DNA from: a virus
Taxonomy: Duplodnaviria > Caudoviricetes
Direction: 5' to 3' (one strand)
Virus record (IMG/VR): IMGVR_UViG_3300047313_000006
Span: 1-44,935 of that record
Length of the DNA stretch: 44,935 nucleotides
The position numbers and the translations under genes are program-made. The first letter of the stretch is position 1. Each line of letters opens with the position of its first letter. Of this stretch, positions 18,019-27,250 are shown in pieces. The notes beneath the pieces were generated by a model. It made no database searches. It was not told the DNA's origin and saw only the letters and a list, made by a program, of their open reading frames with translations.

Positions 18019-18762
18019 GTGGCAATCACGTTCGGGCAGATCATCACCGACGCCCTTACCGAGATTAACGCGTTAACCCCCGGCCAGCCCGTAGATCCTG
18101 GCGATATGCAGCTCGGGCTGACTCGGGGGAATGCGTTTCTCGACGCCTCCAATGGCTCTCCGCTCATGCAGTATGTGCGGAGGCTGGACTCTTACCCGTT
18201 CGGGGTAACGAAGCAGGCCTATACCATCGGGCAAGGTCCGGGGGCGGATTTCGTCGCGGATCGGCCGACAGAGATCCTAGACGCCGCCATCGTCATGACT
18301 ACGGCGAGCCCCAACGTCTATATTCCCTTGACTCTGGTGAATTCAGACGAATGGGCCAACTTCTATGTTTTGAACTACTCAACCAGCATCCCGGCGATTA
18401 TGTGGTACGAAACCACTTATCCGAACGGGACCATGCACTTTCTAGGTACGCCGTCGCTGGCGAGCTATGAGATTCGGATTCTGACCAGCCAACAGTTAGG
18501 GCAGGCCGCGAGCTTGGCAACGCAATTCGTATTCCCTCCGGGTTATTACGACGCATTCATGTACTCGCTTGCGGAGCGTCTATGTAACCCGTTCGGCAAG
18601 ACCGGGGAGATTGCAGCGAGATTGCGGGTCCAGGCGAGAGATGCCAGAGCCGCGGTAAAGAGCGGCAACGGAGAGACTCCCAGAATAACGCTAGATGGGC
18701 TAGGGCCTATCGGAATCGGGCCGTATTACAACTGGTACAACAATACGCTGGTTTATCGGTAA
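18019..18762 (+). CDS. Head-to-tail adaptor, P22 gp4-like
   Basis: GQIITDALTEINAL...GQP and FPPGYYDAFMYSLAERL motifs; synteny. Confidence 0.8.
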   Translation: MAITFGQIITDALTEINALTPGQPVDPGDMQLGLTRGNAFLDASNGSPLMQYVRRLDSYPFGVTKQAYTIGQGPGADFVADRPTEILDAAIVMTTASPNVYIPLTLVNSDEWANFYVLNYSTSIPAIMWYETTYPNGTMHFLGTPSLASYEIRILTSQQLGQAASLATQFVFPPGYYDAFMYSLAERLCNPFGKTGEIAARLRVQARDARAAVKSGNGETPRITLDGLGPIGIGPYYNWYNNTLVYR

Positions 18763-18766
18763 AACT

Positions 18767-19096
18767 ATGAAAAAACTACTTTTGGCGCTTGCTATCCTGC
18801 TGCTGCCGATCAAGGCCGGGGACATCCATACCCGAAAGATAACGGGAACCGCAGCGACAGTGGCGCTTTCCTCGACATCATTGTCCGTCCGCTGGGTTTC
18901 CCTTAGTGCGCCGGCCGCTAATGGCGCCGATGCGCTTTATGGCGATGCTACCGCCAGCTCAAGTGTCGGGACTCCCTTGGTAAAGGCCACCAGCTTCACA
19001 TTTCCGCCCACGGCTCAAGGCGGCTATGATTTGGCGCAGATTTCGGTCTATGTGGCGATGTCCGATGTGGTTTACGTGACATGGGACACGTTCTAG
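18767..19096 (+). CDS. Small beta protein with a Sec signal peptide
   Basis: MKKLLLALAILLLPIKA-G. Confidence 0.7.
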   Translation: MKKLLLALAILLLPIKAGDIHTRKITGTAATVALSSTSLSVRWVSLSAPAANGADALYGDATASSSVGTPLVKATSFTFPPTAQGGYDLAQISVYVAMSDVVYVTWDTF

Positions 19097-19097
19097 T

Positions 19098-19565
19098 GTG
19101 CCGGATGTCTCGATGTACGACTGGCGCAACGCCGACCCGCTAGATTTTACCGCGAAGTACAACACGCCGATTCCGCCTGAAAAACAGGCTGCGTTCAATC
19201 AATGGGTAGCCCAGCAGACCAAGAAAACTGGCAAGAATCCACTTGGCGATCGTTACGATTATGATGTCAATGGCTTATTCCTTTCAGGTCAGGGGACGGA
19301 CGCGCGCGGTCACGCTACCGATCAGTTCAAAAAGCCTAATCACCCGACTTTCAGCGATGAAAGCATTTACAGCGGTAAGGACGGTTATCAGGGCGGCAAG
19401 TGGATCACTACGAACGGCGGGACGTTCTACGAGCCTTCGGTTACAAACATCCAACTTCACGGCGTCGATAAACTCAAGCAGTATTTTTCGGAAGTAGAGC
19501 CGCAAGTTCAACTCCTGGCACCTCCCATGCTCCCCAGCCAGATCCTTCAGGGAGTCATCCGCTAA
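19098..19565 (+). CDS. Conserved hypothetical phage protein
   Basis: YDYD, GHATDQFKKPNHPTFSDESIYS and GGKW motifs, recalled from phage virion-associated proteins. Confidence 0.7.
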   Translation: MPDVSMYDWRNADPLDFTAKYNTPIPPEKQAAFNQWVAQQTKKTGKNPLGDRYDYDVNGLFLSGQGTDARGHATDQFKKPNHPTFSDESIYSGKDGYQGGKWITTNGGTFYEPSVTNIQLHGVDKLKQYFSEVEPQVQLLAPPMLPSQILQGVIR

Positions 19566-21400
19566 TGCCGGAACAGCAGACCTGGGGATTCGTAGGACCG
19601 GCATACCAGACTCGCGGGCTCACCGCGGATACGCAGCGCATCGTCAACATGTTTCTGGAGAAGGTGGAGTCTCAGGCCAACTCCAGCCCGGGAAACCCCT
19701 GGCAGTACCTAATGTCGCCCGGGAAGCAGCTTTTCTGCACCTGTGCCGATACTCCGGTTGCCGCGGTAACCCCCTCTAACGCTTCGTTCTATACCGCGAC
19801 TACCAATCTGTTTTTTGTAGTTTCCGGCTCCACGCTCTACGCGATCACGGCGGTTTATAACTCTGGCACGCAACTCTGGACCGGCACCGCCACTACTATC
19901 GGGACAGTAGACAAGCAGATCATGCCGGGGACTGGAGGGCAGTTATTCCCGGCCCAAATCATTGTCATTCAGCCGAATCAGTTGTTTGTGGTGGCGAACG
20001 GAAACGCCTATGTTGCGGCTTATGGGCAGGCGATTTCGACCACGAACCCGGCCCCTACGAATGTCGGCTCCGGGTATGCGGTAGGGGACACTGGGACGAT
20101 AGACGGCGGCCTGATTCCCGGGCAGTACATCGTGACTGGGGTGAACGGCACAGGCGGCGTAACAGGGTACAACGTTACATATAATGGCACCGGATATGCG
20201 GCCACGGGCGGAGCCTCGACCACCACGCTCGCTGGCGCACAGCCGGGCAACGGTGACGGCTCCTTTACTTTAACCATTACGGCTGTAGCGGCTGTCGCTT
20301 GGCTGATCCAACAACAAGTAATCCCGGAGTTTAGCGTCGGAAACTTCATTCGTTCTGCCACCTTCATGGACGGTTACATTATCGTCTCGATGGCGCCGAA
20401 TGCCGCGGACCCGCTGCGCCGGCAGTTCTTTATTTCCGGGCTGAACGATCCCACGACCTGGAGTGCTCTTGATTTCGACACCAAGGAAGCGAACTCGGAT
20501 CCGGTTATGGCGGTATTCGCGGCTTACGAAATCCTGATCGTGTTTGGTTCCCAAACTATCGAGCTCTGGCAGGACTCGCCCAACGCGGCGACAGGGAGCG
20601 CGTTTCAACGGCTTCCGGGTGGGGGGGTGATCGAAAACGGGCTGGCATCCACGTGGGCGGTATCAAAGATGGACGGGACGGTGGTATGGCTCGGCTCCGA
20701 TGCGCGCGGCCAGTATGTCGCATGGCAGCTTCGCGGGACGGTCCCGGTCAGGATCTCTAGCCATGCGATTGAGAACACCTGGAGCCTGTACGATGTGGCC
20801 GGCGCGAGCTCCTACAGCTACGTCGAAAACGGTCACTTCTTCTGGGTGATCCATTTCCCAATTCCCGATAAGACGTGGGTTTACGATTCCTCGATTGGTC
20901 CGCAGATCGGCTGGCATGAGCGGGCCTCGGTGGATTCATCGAACAATTTGCATGCTGATATTGGGCGCTATCACGGCTTTTTCCCAGAGATCGGTCATTG
21001 CGTTGGCGATTACCAGACCGGGAACCTGTATCTTCAGTCCATGCAGTTCCTTCAAGAGAACTGTACCGGCATTCCAAGGATCAGAATCTCGCCCCACATT
21101 GCAACAGGCCTGAACTGGAACTACTTCAATGAGTACGTGTTGCACTTCCTCTGTGGGTTTGTTCCACCGTCGGGCGCCGGGAGCGCTCCGGTCTGTAATC
21201 TCGAAATCTCCAACGATGGCGGCATCACTTACGGGTCACTTCTGCCGCAGAATCTAGGCGGGACCGGTCAGTACAAGTGGGACGTCCGCTGGAGACGCAT
21301 GGGGCGCACCAGAAACCGTGTGATTCGTTGGACGATGAATGAGCCGATTGATATGGTCCTGGTGGATCTTTACGCCGCAGTCGAGGGGGGATCGGGATGA
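19565..21400 (+). CDS. Tail hub / DNA stabilization protein, P22 gp10-like
   Basis: FMDGY, VFGSQTIELWQD, RISSHAIE, TWVYD...WHER, SNDGGITY and WRRMGRTRNRV motifs. Confidence 0.9.
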   Translation: MPEQQTWGFVGPAYQTRGLTADTQRIVNMFLEKVESQANSSPGNPWQYLMSPGKQLFCTCADTPVAAVTPSNASFYTATTNLFFVVSGSTLYAITAVYNSGTQLWTGTATTIGTVDKQIMPGTGGQLFPAQIIVIQPNQLFVVANGNAYVAAYGQAISTTNPAPTNVGSGYAVGDTGTIDGGLIPGQYIVTGVNGTGGVTGYNVTYNGTGYAATGGASTTTLAGAQPGNGDGSFTLTITAVAAVAWLIQQQVIPEFSVGNFIRSATFMDGYIIVSMAPNAADPLRRQFFISGLNDPTTWSALDFDTKEANSDPVMAVFAAYEILIVFGSQTIELWQDSPNAATGSAFQRLPGGGVIENGLASTWAVSKMDGTVVWLGSDARGQYVAWQLRGTVPVRISSHAIENTWSLYDVAGASSYSYVENGHFFWVIHFPIPDKTWVYDSSIGPQIGWHERASVDSSNNLHADIGRYHGFFPEIGHCVGDYQTGNLYLQSMQFLQENCTGIPRIRISPHIATGLNWNYFNEYVLHFLCGFVPPSGAGSAPVCNLEISNDGGITYGSLLPQNLGGTGQYKWDVRWRRMGRTRNRVIRWTMNEPIDMVLVDLYAAVEGGSG

Positions 21401-21603
21401 AGCTCAACTCCGATATGCAACGCATGGTGTTCGGATTCTGCCTACTCACGATCCTGGCGTCTCTCGCGGCGGCTATCGCGCTCGGGCATGTAGAAGAAAA
21501 AACCAGTTATGGGTTGATGCCGCTGTTGACTACGCTCTCAACGCTGGCGGGGGCCTTTGCTCAATGGGCTTTCAGCCGCAAGGATAAGGACGATGGCGAA
21601 TAA
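21397..21603 (+). CDS. Small two-TM membrane protein (holin-like topology)
   Basis: Two hydrophobic segments and a charged C-terminus. Confidence 0.6.
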   Translation: MKLNSDMQRMVFGFCLLTILASLAAAIALGHVEEKTSYGLMPLLTTLSTLAGAFAQWAFSRKDKDDGE

Positions 21604-21622
21604 ACATTGTATACTTTTACGC

Positions 21623-21895
21623 ATGGCAAACAATCGGCTTTACATTTATGACGAGGTGAGCGGGGACAGGATTCTAATTGCAAAATCTTTACCTCTTTGG
21701 CGCTTGGTGATTGGGTTGGGGGACAACCGGGTAACCGAGGATGCGGAAGAGGGGTTTGAGGCCCTGAGTTCTTGGCTTACGGCGCATGATGTAAACGCGG
21801 CGGCTCGTGGCCGAGGGAGCGAACTAGTAATTTTGGATGAAGCTGCCTTAGCGGATCGCAATAAACAAAACGTAAATGCCATCTCCAGCCCTTAG
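21623..21895 (+). CDS. Hypothetical protein, moron-like insert
   Basis: Lower GC; TATACT at 21610-21615 just before the ATG. Confidence 0.55.
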   Translation: MANNRLYIYDEVSGDRILIAKSLPLWRLVIGLGDNRVTEDAEEGFEALSSWLTAHDVNAAARGRGSELVILDEAALADRNKQNVNAISSP

Positions 21896-22592
21896 CTTTT
21901 CCGCTCGCGTCGGCATCCCTGGATGCCTCACCATCGAGATCCAAGCCGTCCCGCAAGTCCGGCAGCAACAAATCGTCAATCTGGTAGCGCAACTAAGCCA
22001 GCCGATTACCGATCAATTCATCAGCAACGCCTGGGGGAAGGGCTGGGCCACGCCGCTCACTCAAAAGGTCGTGGCGCTCGGCGGGAACACCGGCTATGAG
22101 CTGCTCATCTTCGAGTGCCCTTCTCTGGACACCACCGATATGGCCTGGGGCGCACAGGGAACGATTGACGGGACCTCGGACCCTGTTAGTCTAACGGCCC
22201 CCATCTTCGGCACCAGCAACTACGGCAGAGTGTTTGCCGCGGGCGATTACATCATCTGGAACGACCCGACCGTGGTAAACGGACGCTATAGCTATGAAAT
22301 CGATCAGATCCAGAGTGTATCTGGGAATAACTTCACCCTGAAGCGCCGGCCGGCACGCGGCGGCGGGGCGCAATTCGGAAGCCCCATGCTTCCCCATGCT
22401 AATGTCCAGTTCTTTCAGTTGATCGACAAGACCTTTCCAGTGCTTTGGATGGGCGAATGGCAGGTTTTCAAGTTCTTGTGGGATAACACTATTCTGGCCG
22501 CGGTGAGCGCGACGGCCGCGGGGGTTGATCCGTCGATTGTGAACCTCTCGCCAATCCCGCCGGCGTTTGCGGTTCCGGGGTTGCAGATATGA
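21876..22592 (+). CDS. Putative tail-associated protein
   Basis: 238-aa beta-rich ORF in the tail module. Confidence 0.6.
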   Translation: MPSPALSFSARVGIPGCLTIEIQAVPQVRQQQIVNLVAQLSQPITDQFISNAWGKGWATPLTQKVVALGGNTGYELLIFECPSLDTTDMAWGAQGTIDGTSDPVSLTAPIFGTSNYGRVFAAGDYIIWNDPTVVNGRYSYEIDQIQSVSGNNFTLKRRPARGGGAQFGSPMLPHANVQFFQLIDKTFPVLWMGEWQVFKFLWDNTILAAVSATAAGVDPSIVNLSPIPPAFAVPGLQI

Positions 22593-24541
22593 GAAATGCG
22601 GTATTGCGGTATTGCGGTATTGCGGTATTTGCGGGAAGTTTGAATGCGACATCCAAAAAGCTCTCCCGTTATGTCGCCTCACGGGCAGCCTATAGTTCCC
22701 GGCGGTCTAGGCGGGAGAATGAGTCATCACCTCGGTTCTGGGTCATAATAACATTCTTTTTGGCTATGTCGGCTTTCGCCCAGAATCAGCGTACAACCGG
22801 GACAATCATGGTCTGGGCCGCGCCCTCTGGCGTGTGCCTTGCCAATTCCCCGATGGAATACTATTCAGCCGGTAATCAGTATTGGGGCTGCGTGCTCCCT
22901 GCGATCACGTCATTGACGGGAACCTGGACGCAGATTACCGGGGGTGGGGGTGGAAGCGGGACAGTTACCAGCGCGGGATTCGCTACCAATCTCGGCACCG
23001 TCAGCGGCTCCCCGATCACCGTCTCGGGAACGATTACGAACACCGTAGCAGCGGCCGATGTCGTAGGTCTGTTCTCTGCTTGCTCCGGGGTTCAATACCT
23101 CGGGGCAGACGGAGCCTGCCATACTCCGTCCGGCGGCGCGACGATTCCGAACACGACGAACATCATCAAAGGCGATGGAGCGGGCAATGGAGCCGATTCC
23201 GGCTATGTGGCCCAGAACGCTAGCACATCATTAACGGGTTTCCTCACATCGACAGATTGGAATACGTTCAATGGAAAAGGTTCCGTCAGTTCCGTAGCAA
23301 CTGGCTGCGGCGCTTCTGGTGGAACGATTACAACCACAGGCACAATCCTGGGGATCGGGGACTGCGTCACTATCGCCAATGAAACCGGGACCGGCACAAC
23401 CACGAATAAACTGGTGAAGCTCACCGGAGCGCCATCGAAGGTCATCATCACCAGTACTGGCGACACCACGGGCATTATCGGCGTCTGTGATTCTGCCTGC
23501 GGAAACTCCGGCAGCGCCGTGATTCAGCAATCTGGCCTGCACATCACCACAGTGGATGGGGGCGGGTCTACAGCGGGACATTGGGCGCAGCCCAGCACGA
23601 GCATTGCCGGGGATACGATGGATTCCGGCGTAGCGTCCACCTCCGCACCTCCAGCGGGGTCCATCGGCATCTATCTTCAGACATTCGGCGGACTGAGTAC
23701 CGTAGTCACGGACCTAATCAACAATTTGGCAGGGGCCACTAACGCAGGGACGGTCACTCATACCGGAGCGCTCTCTGCCGATGAGCCAGTATTCGGAAAC
23801 GGAACAGACGACATCAAAGTAGGAACCAAATCCGGCAACACGAATGAAGTCGGGACCGTTAGCGGAGCTCTGGTTTCCGGGAACTGCATCACCGTCGATA
23901 CGGGCGGTAATTTTGTGGATTCTACCATCCCCTGCGGGGGAGGTGGTGGTGGCGGCGGGGGTGGTGGAGGCGGGGGCGGGAACATCGTCCCGGCAAACTG
24001 GACCACGCTTGGCGCGACATCGACACGCACCGACAACAGCAACAGCGTCAGGATTGTAGCTGCCTCATCCGGCACGAATAAAATCGACGGCGTTTATCAC
24101 ACAGTGAGCGCTGGTAACTTCACTATATTCCTGGGTTTCATCGCGGCGGTTCCAGCGGGCGCTAGCGGACCTCCGGCAATCTTGGCGGGCTTCACAGATG
24201 GGACCAACACGGAGGGATTAGGGATAGATTCCCAAACTGGAGCGACGATTCAGCGCGGCCTGAAGGATGACGCTATTTCAGGCGGAACTACGGCCGCAGC
24301 CAACGGGATCATTTCCGGAACCTGCACTTGCGCTCCAGTGAACAACCCGGTTTTTATCAAACTCACGCGCGTCGGAACCGCGCTCTCCGCTTGGATGAGT
24401 TTGGACAACGGCATCAGCTACACTCAGTATTTCAATGACACCGCTCCATTCATGACGGCGACAGCAGTCGCAGTCTACATCCAAAGCCGCAGCTCTACCG
24501 ATCAAGAGAGTTTTACGCTCACTTCGAGCTCTTTGCCATGA
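22589..24541 (+). CDS. Tail fibre-like / adhesin protein with extended signal peptide, Gly linkers and a C-terminal lectin-like beta-sandwich
   Basis: FWVIITFFLAMSAFA-Q; GGGGSGTVTS and GFLTSTDWNTFNGK fibre motifs; Gly15 linker; IKLTRVGTALSAWMSLDNG is ConA-like. Confidence 0.7.
   Translation: MRNAVLRYCGIAVFAGSLNATSKKLSRYVASRAAYSSRRSRRENESSPRFWVIITFFLAMSAFAQNQRTTGTIMVWAAPSGVCLANSPMEYYSAGNQYWGCVLPAITSLTGTWTQITGGGGGSGTVTSAGFATNLGTVSGSPITVSGTITNTVAAADVVGLFSACSGVQYLGADGACHTPSGGATIPNTTNIIKGDGAGNGADSGYVAQNASTSLTGFLTSTDWNTFNGKGSVSSVATGCGASGGTITTTGTILGIGDCVTIANETGTGTTTNKLVKLTGAPSKVIITSTGDTTGIIGVCDSACGNSGSAVIQQSGLHITTVDGGGSTAGHWAQPSTSIAGDTMDSGVASTSAPPAGSIGIYLQTFGGLSTVVTDLINNLAGATNAGTVTHTGALSADEPVFGNGTDDIKVGTKSGNTNEVGTVSGALVSGNCITVDTGGNFVDSTIPCGGGGGGGGGGGGGGGNIVPANWTTLGATSTRTDNSNSVRIVAASSGTNKIDGVYHTVSAGNFTIFLGFIAAVPAGASGPPAILAGFTDGTNTEGLGIDSQTGATIQRGLKDDAISGGTTAAANGIISGTCTCAPVNNPVFIKLTRVGTALSAWMSLDNGISYTQYFNDTAPFMTATAVAVYIQSRSSTDQESFTLTSSSLP
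22597..22628 (+). repeat. Tandem repeat (TGCGGTAT)x4
   Basis: Four exact 8-bp units followed by a partial unit. Confidence 0.95.
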
Positions 24542-24726
24542 TCCTGCCTTTTGAGCATTGGTGCGCGGACGGCTGCGGCGAAGTCCTGGAACGCAAAGGA
24601 TCACTCACGCGAGTACGCCGCTGGAAGATCGTGCTCGAAAACGGAAAGACAGTGGGGATTGCGTTTGAAAGCCGCGAAGCCGCGGAGAAATTCCTGAAGG
24701 AACATGCCGACTCCAGCAGTCATTGA
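24538..24726 (+). CDS. Hypothetical protein
   Basis: ATGA-coupled small ORF. Confidence 0.5.
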   Translation: MILPFEHWCADGCGEVLERKGSLTRVRRWKIVLENGKTVGIAFESREAAEKFLKEHADSSSH

Positions 24727-25996
24727 AGCCACTAGCGCGGATATTGCCCTTATCGGCACTGCTGGGGATGTCTGGCGGCCGATTTTCAACGGCTCCAATA
24801 TTTACGCGATTGGCAAGAATCTCATCATCTCCAGCGGAGTTTCGCATCTCCGCATGTTCAAGAGCACCGACAACGGGGCCACTTGGACCGCGCAGGACAC
24901 TGCTAGCGAACCGATCATCACTGGAAGTATCAACAATCCGCAAAAGATCGCTGGCTCCAAAATTGGCATCGTCTATATCAAATCCGGTGCTACAGGAATG
25001 GTGTTCCGCAAGTTCAACATGACTACGGACCTGTGGGAAGCCGAAAGCCCACAGAGCACCGAGCTCCCGAACTTCACGGACTGGAGGGAGCTTAGTTCCG
25101 GCGACATCATTGCTGTCTATCAGAAGCAGTTTGGTGGCCCTTATTCGGTTCATCTAGATACCTATAACGGCGTAGCTTGGGCTGGTCCGACGACCGTAGT
25201 AACGGCAGCGACGGAACGCATTTTCCTGAGTATGGCGGTGGATACCGCCGATAATACCTACATCGCCACGCTCGAAAAGGGCGCATCGCTTCCGCACTCT
25301 GAAAACGTCCGTATTTACGCTTCTGGTGTCGTCGGCGCACCCACCACGATGGCCACTTATAACAATCCGCAGATTCAGTGGGGGCCGGGAATTTACATTG
25401 CAACCAGCGATGAAATCCGATTCCCATTCATCTTGCGGGGCGAAGCGGTATCGGGATTTTCGAGCCCTGGCTACTGGAGTGGGACGCCTTCCGCGGCTCC
25501 GGTTTGGACGCTAGTAGACTTGGCTCTCACTAATGGCGACCCCGGCCCATTCAGTGAAGTCAATTTCACATTTGAGAACGATAACGATATTTTCATCTCC
25601 TGGGCCACCGAAATCGACTCGATGACGGGCCAGGTACAGATTCTCTACGCGCGCCAGCAGAGTTTAGGCGCGTGGGGGCCTGCGATTGTCCTATGGGATT
25701 CGCTGGCCGATCCACTTTCCCCACCCTCTGCTTTTCCCGGCGATGTGGATTTTCTCGGTACAGCGGTAGATGCGACATCCAGCCAGCTCGGAAGCGTGCT
25801 GGCTCTGTATCAAGACTTCCCCATCATCGGCGGATTCTGCGGTGTTCTGTATTATCTGGCGACTCCCTTAACGCCGGCGCCGCTCACTCTCGACTGCCCA
25901 TCCGGAGGCACCACCGCCACGGTAGGAGTTTTCTACGATGAGTTCCTACAAGTCACCGGTGGCACACCGCCATATTTCTTCGAGATCATCCCATGA
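24704..25996 (+). CDS. Beta-propeller (Asp-box/BNR) protein ending in half of a putative Ig domain
   Basis: Asp-box KSTDNGATWT; C-terminal ATVGVFYDEFLQVTGGTPPYFFEII; AAGGA RBS. Confidence 0.65.
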   Translation: MPTPAVIEATSADIALIGTAGDVWRPIFNGSNIYAIGKNLIISSGVSHLRMFKSTDNGATWTAQDTASEPIITGSINNPQKIAGSKIGIVYIKSGATGMVFRKFNMTTDLWEAESPQSTELPNFTDWRELSSGDIIAVYQKQFGGPYSVHLDTYNGVAWAGPTTVVTAATERIFLSMAVDTADNTYIATLEKGASLPHSENVRIYASGVVGAPTTMATYNNPQIQWGPGIYIATSDEIRFPFILRGEAVSGFSSPGYWSGTPSAAPVWTLVDLALTNGDPGPFSEVNFTFENDNDIFISWATEIDSMTGQVQILYARQQSLGAWGPAIVLWDSLADPLSPPSAFPGDVDFLGTAVDATSSQLGSVLALYQDFPIIGGFCGVLYYLATPLTPAPLTLDCPSGGTTATVGVFYDEFLQVTGGTPPYFFEIIP

Positions 25997-26646
25997 TTAC
26001 CCTCTCGATAGGATCAGGAGCGGGGATTCCGGGAGGCACCGTCACGCTTCCGGTTACCATCGCGTCAACCGCTGGGGATCTCTGCACCGAAGTCGTTTGG
26101 ACGTTCGTTTCGTCTGATATGACCCTGCAATCCGTCGCGCTGGGTGCGGCCGGCGCAGGGAAATCTCTGAACTTCTCAGGAAACACCGTCGACGTGGGCG
26201 GATTTGATGTTCTGGTAATCCCGGATGGGGTTCTCGTAAACTGCACGTTCCTGATCTCGCTGACTCCGTCTGTCGGGACTATCCCGGTCGCTTTCAGCCT
26301 GTTTACAGCCTCGGACGCCGCAGCGGGAGCACTGACCACTTCGAGCTCAGGCGGTTCGGTATTGGTCCCCAGCGCATCGCCGATCACGCTTCCCAATGGG
26401 CTAGTGCTAAATCCGGTAACAGGCGAGATTTCGGGCTATCCGACCGTCACCGGTGCCTTCTGCGTCAAGTACAAGGTAACGGATTCGCTAGGTGCGACTG
26501 CGGAAACGCCGTTTTGCTGTCCTATCGCAGTCACAACGCCAGCCGGGGGGTGTTTCTCGCCCATTTCTCTCCTGAATCCTCCCCCGCCGACTTACGGGGC
26601 ACAAGTCTGTGTCGGGACCACAGTAGTCCCGAAATCCTTGCTATGA
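25993..26646 (+). CDS. Cohesin-like domain followed by the second half of a putative Ig (He_PIG) domain
   Basis: LSIGSGAGIPGGTVTLPVTI...IPDGVLVNCTF...SGGSV, then LPNGLVLNPVTGEISGYPTVTGAFCVKYKVTDS. Confidence 0.65.
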   Translation: MITLSIGSGAGIPGGTVTLPVTIASTAGDLCTEVVWTFVSSDMTLQSVALGAAGAGKSLNFSGNTVDVGGFDVLVIPDGVLVNCTFLISLTPSVGTIPVAFSLFTASDAAAGALTTSSSGGSVLVPSASPITLPNGLVLNPVTGEISGYPTVTGAFCVKYKVTDSLGATAETPFCCPIAVTTPAGGCFSPISLLNPPPPTYGAQVCVGTTVVPKSLL

Positions 26647-26695
26647 AAAGAGGCCTATTGGTTGTATACTCTTACGCAAAGGTACATTTTATAGT

Positions 26696-27250
26696 ATGAG
26701 CCTTGCCCAAATGCCGGTGGTGTTGAACGGCAAGCCCAAAGACGTGGACTGCGGCACCGTCTCTCTGCGAGGTGTCACGCGGGATGACATTCCGTTGCTC
26801 TGGAAGTGGTTGAACGAGTACCCAAGAGCTAACTTTGATGACGGTGGCCCGCAGATGATCGAGGAGTTTGAAGTGGAGATGGGGCGCAGATTTCAAAGGG
26901 GCGAAATCTGCATGGGTGCACTGCATAATGGGAAACTGGTGGGCTGCATCGGATACGCTCCGGTGACGCATCGGCTCGGCTCACTTCATGGAATCTGTTT
27001 CTCGAAAGACGTTCACGGCACCGGAGTCGCGGCGTTCGCAGTCAAAAACTTTCTGAAGATGCTGTTTACCGGCAAAGTCGAGAAGGTTTTCGCAACCTAC
27101 TTTCAAGACAATACCCGGATCAAGAAATTCCTGCGCAAGCAGGGTTTTGTGCATGAAGGAACGTTGATCGACCATACGGTACGCGGCGGGAGAGTGACGA
27201 CGATGAGCCTGGTGGCTTTGCATAAGAAGAACTTCACGGAGGCGATGTAG
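26696..27250 (+). CDS. GNAT (RimJ/RimL-like) acetyltransferase-fold protein in the P22 gp14 position
   Basis: KLVGCIG, VHGTGVA and DNTRIKKFLRKQGFVHEGTL motifs; directly before the ejection genes. Confidence 0.85.
   Translation: MSLAQMPVVLNGKPKDVDCGTVSLRGVTRDDIPLLWKWLNEYPRANFDDGGPQMIEEFEVEMGRRFQRGEICMGALHNGKLVGCIGYAPVTHRLGSLHGICFSKDVHGTGVAAFAVKNFLKMLFTGKVEKVFATYFQDNTRIKKFLRKQGFVHEGTLIDHTVRGGRVTTMSLVALHKKNFTEAM

Noticed and set aside
22597-22628. CRISPR array or replication iterons
   Set aside because: Units are 8 bp with no spacers, and no cas or initiator gene is nearby.
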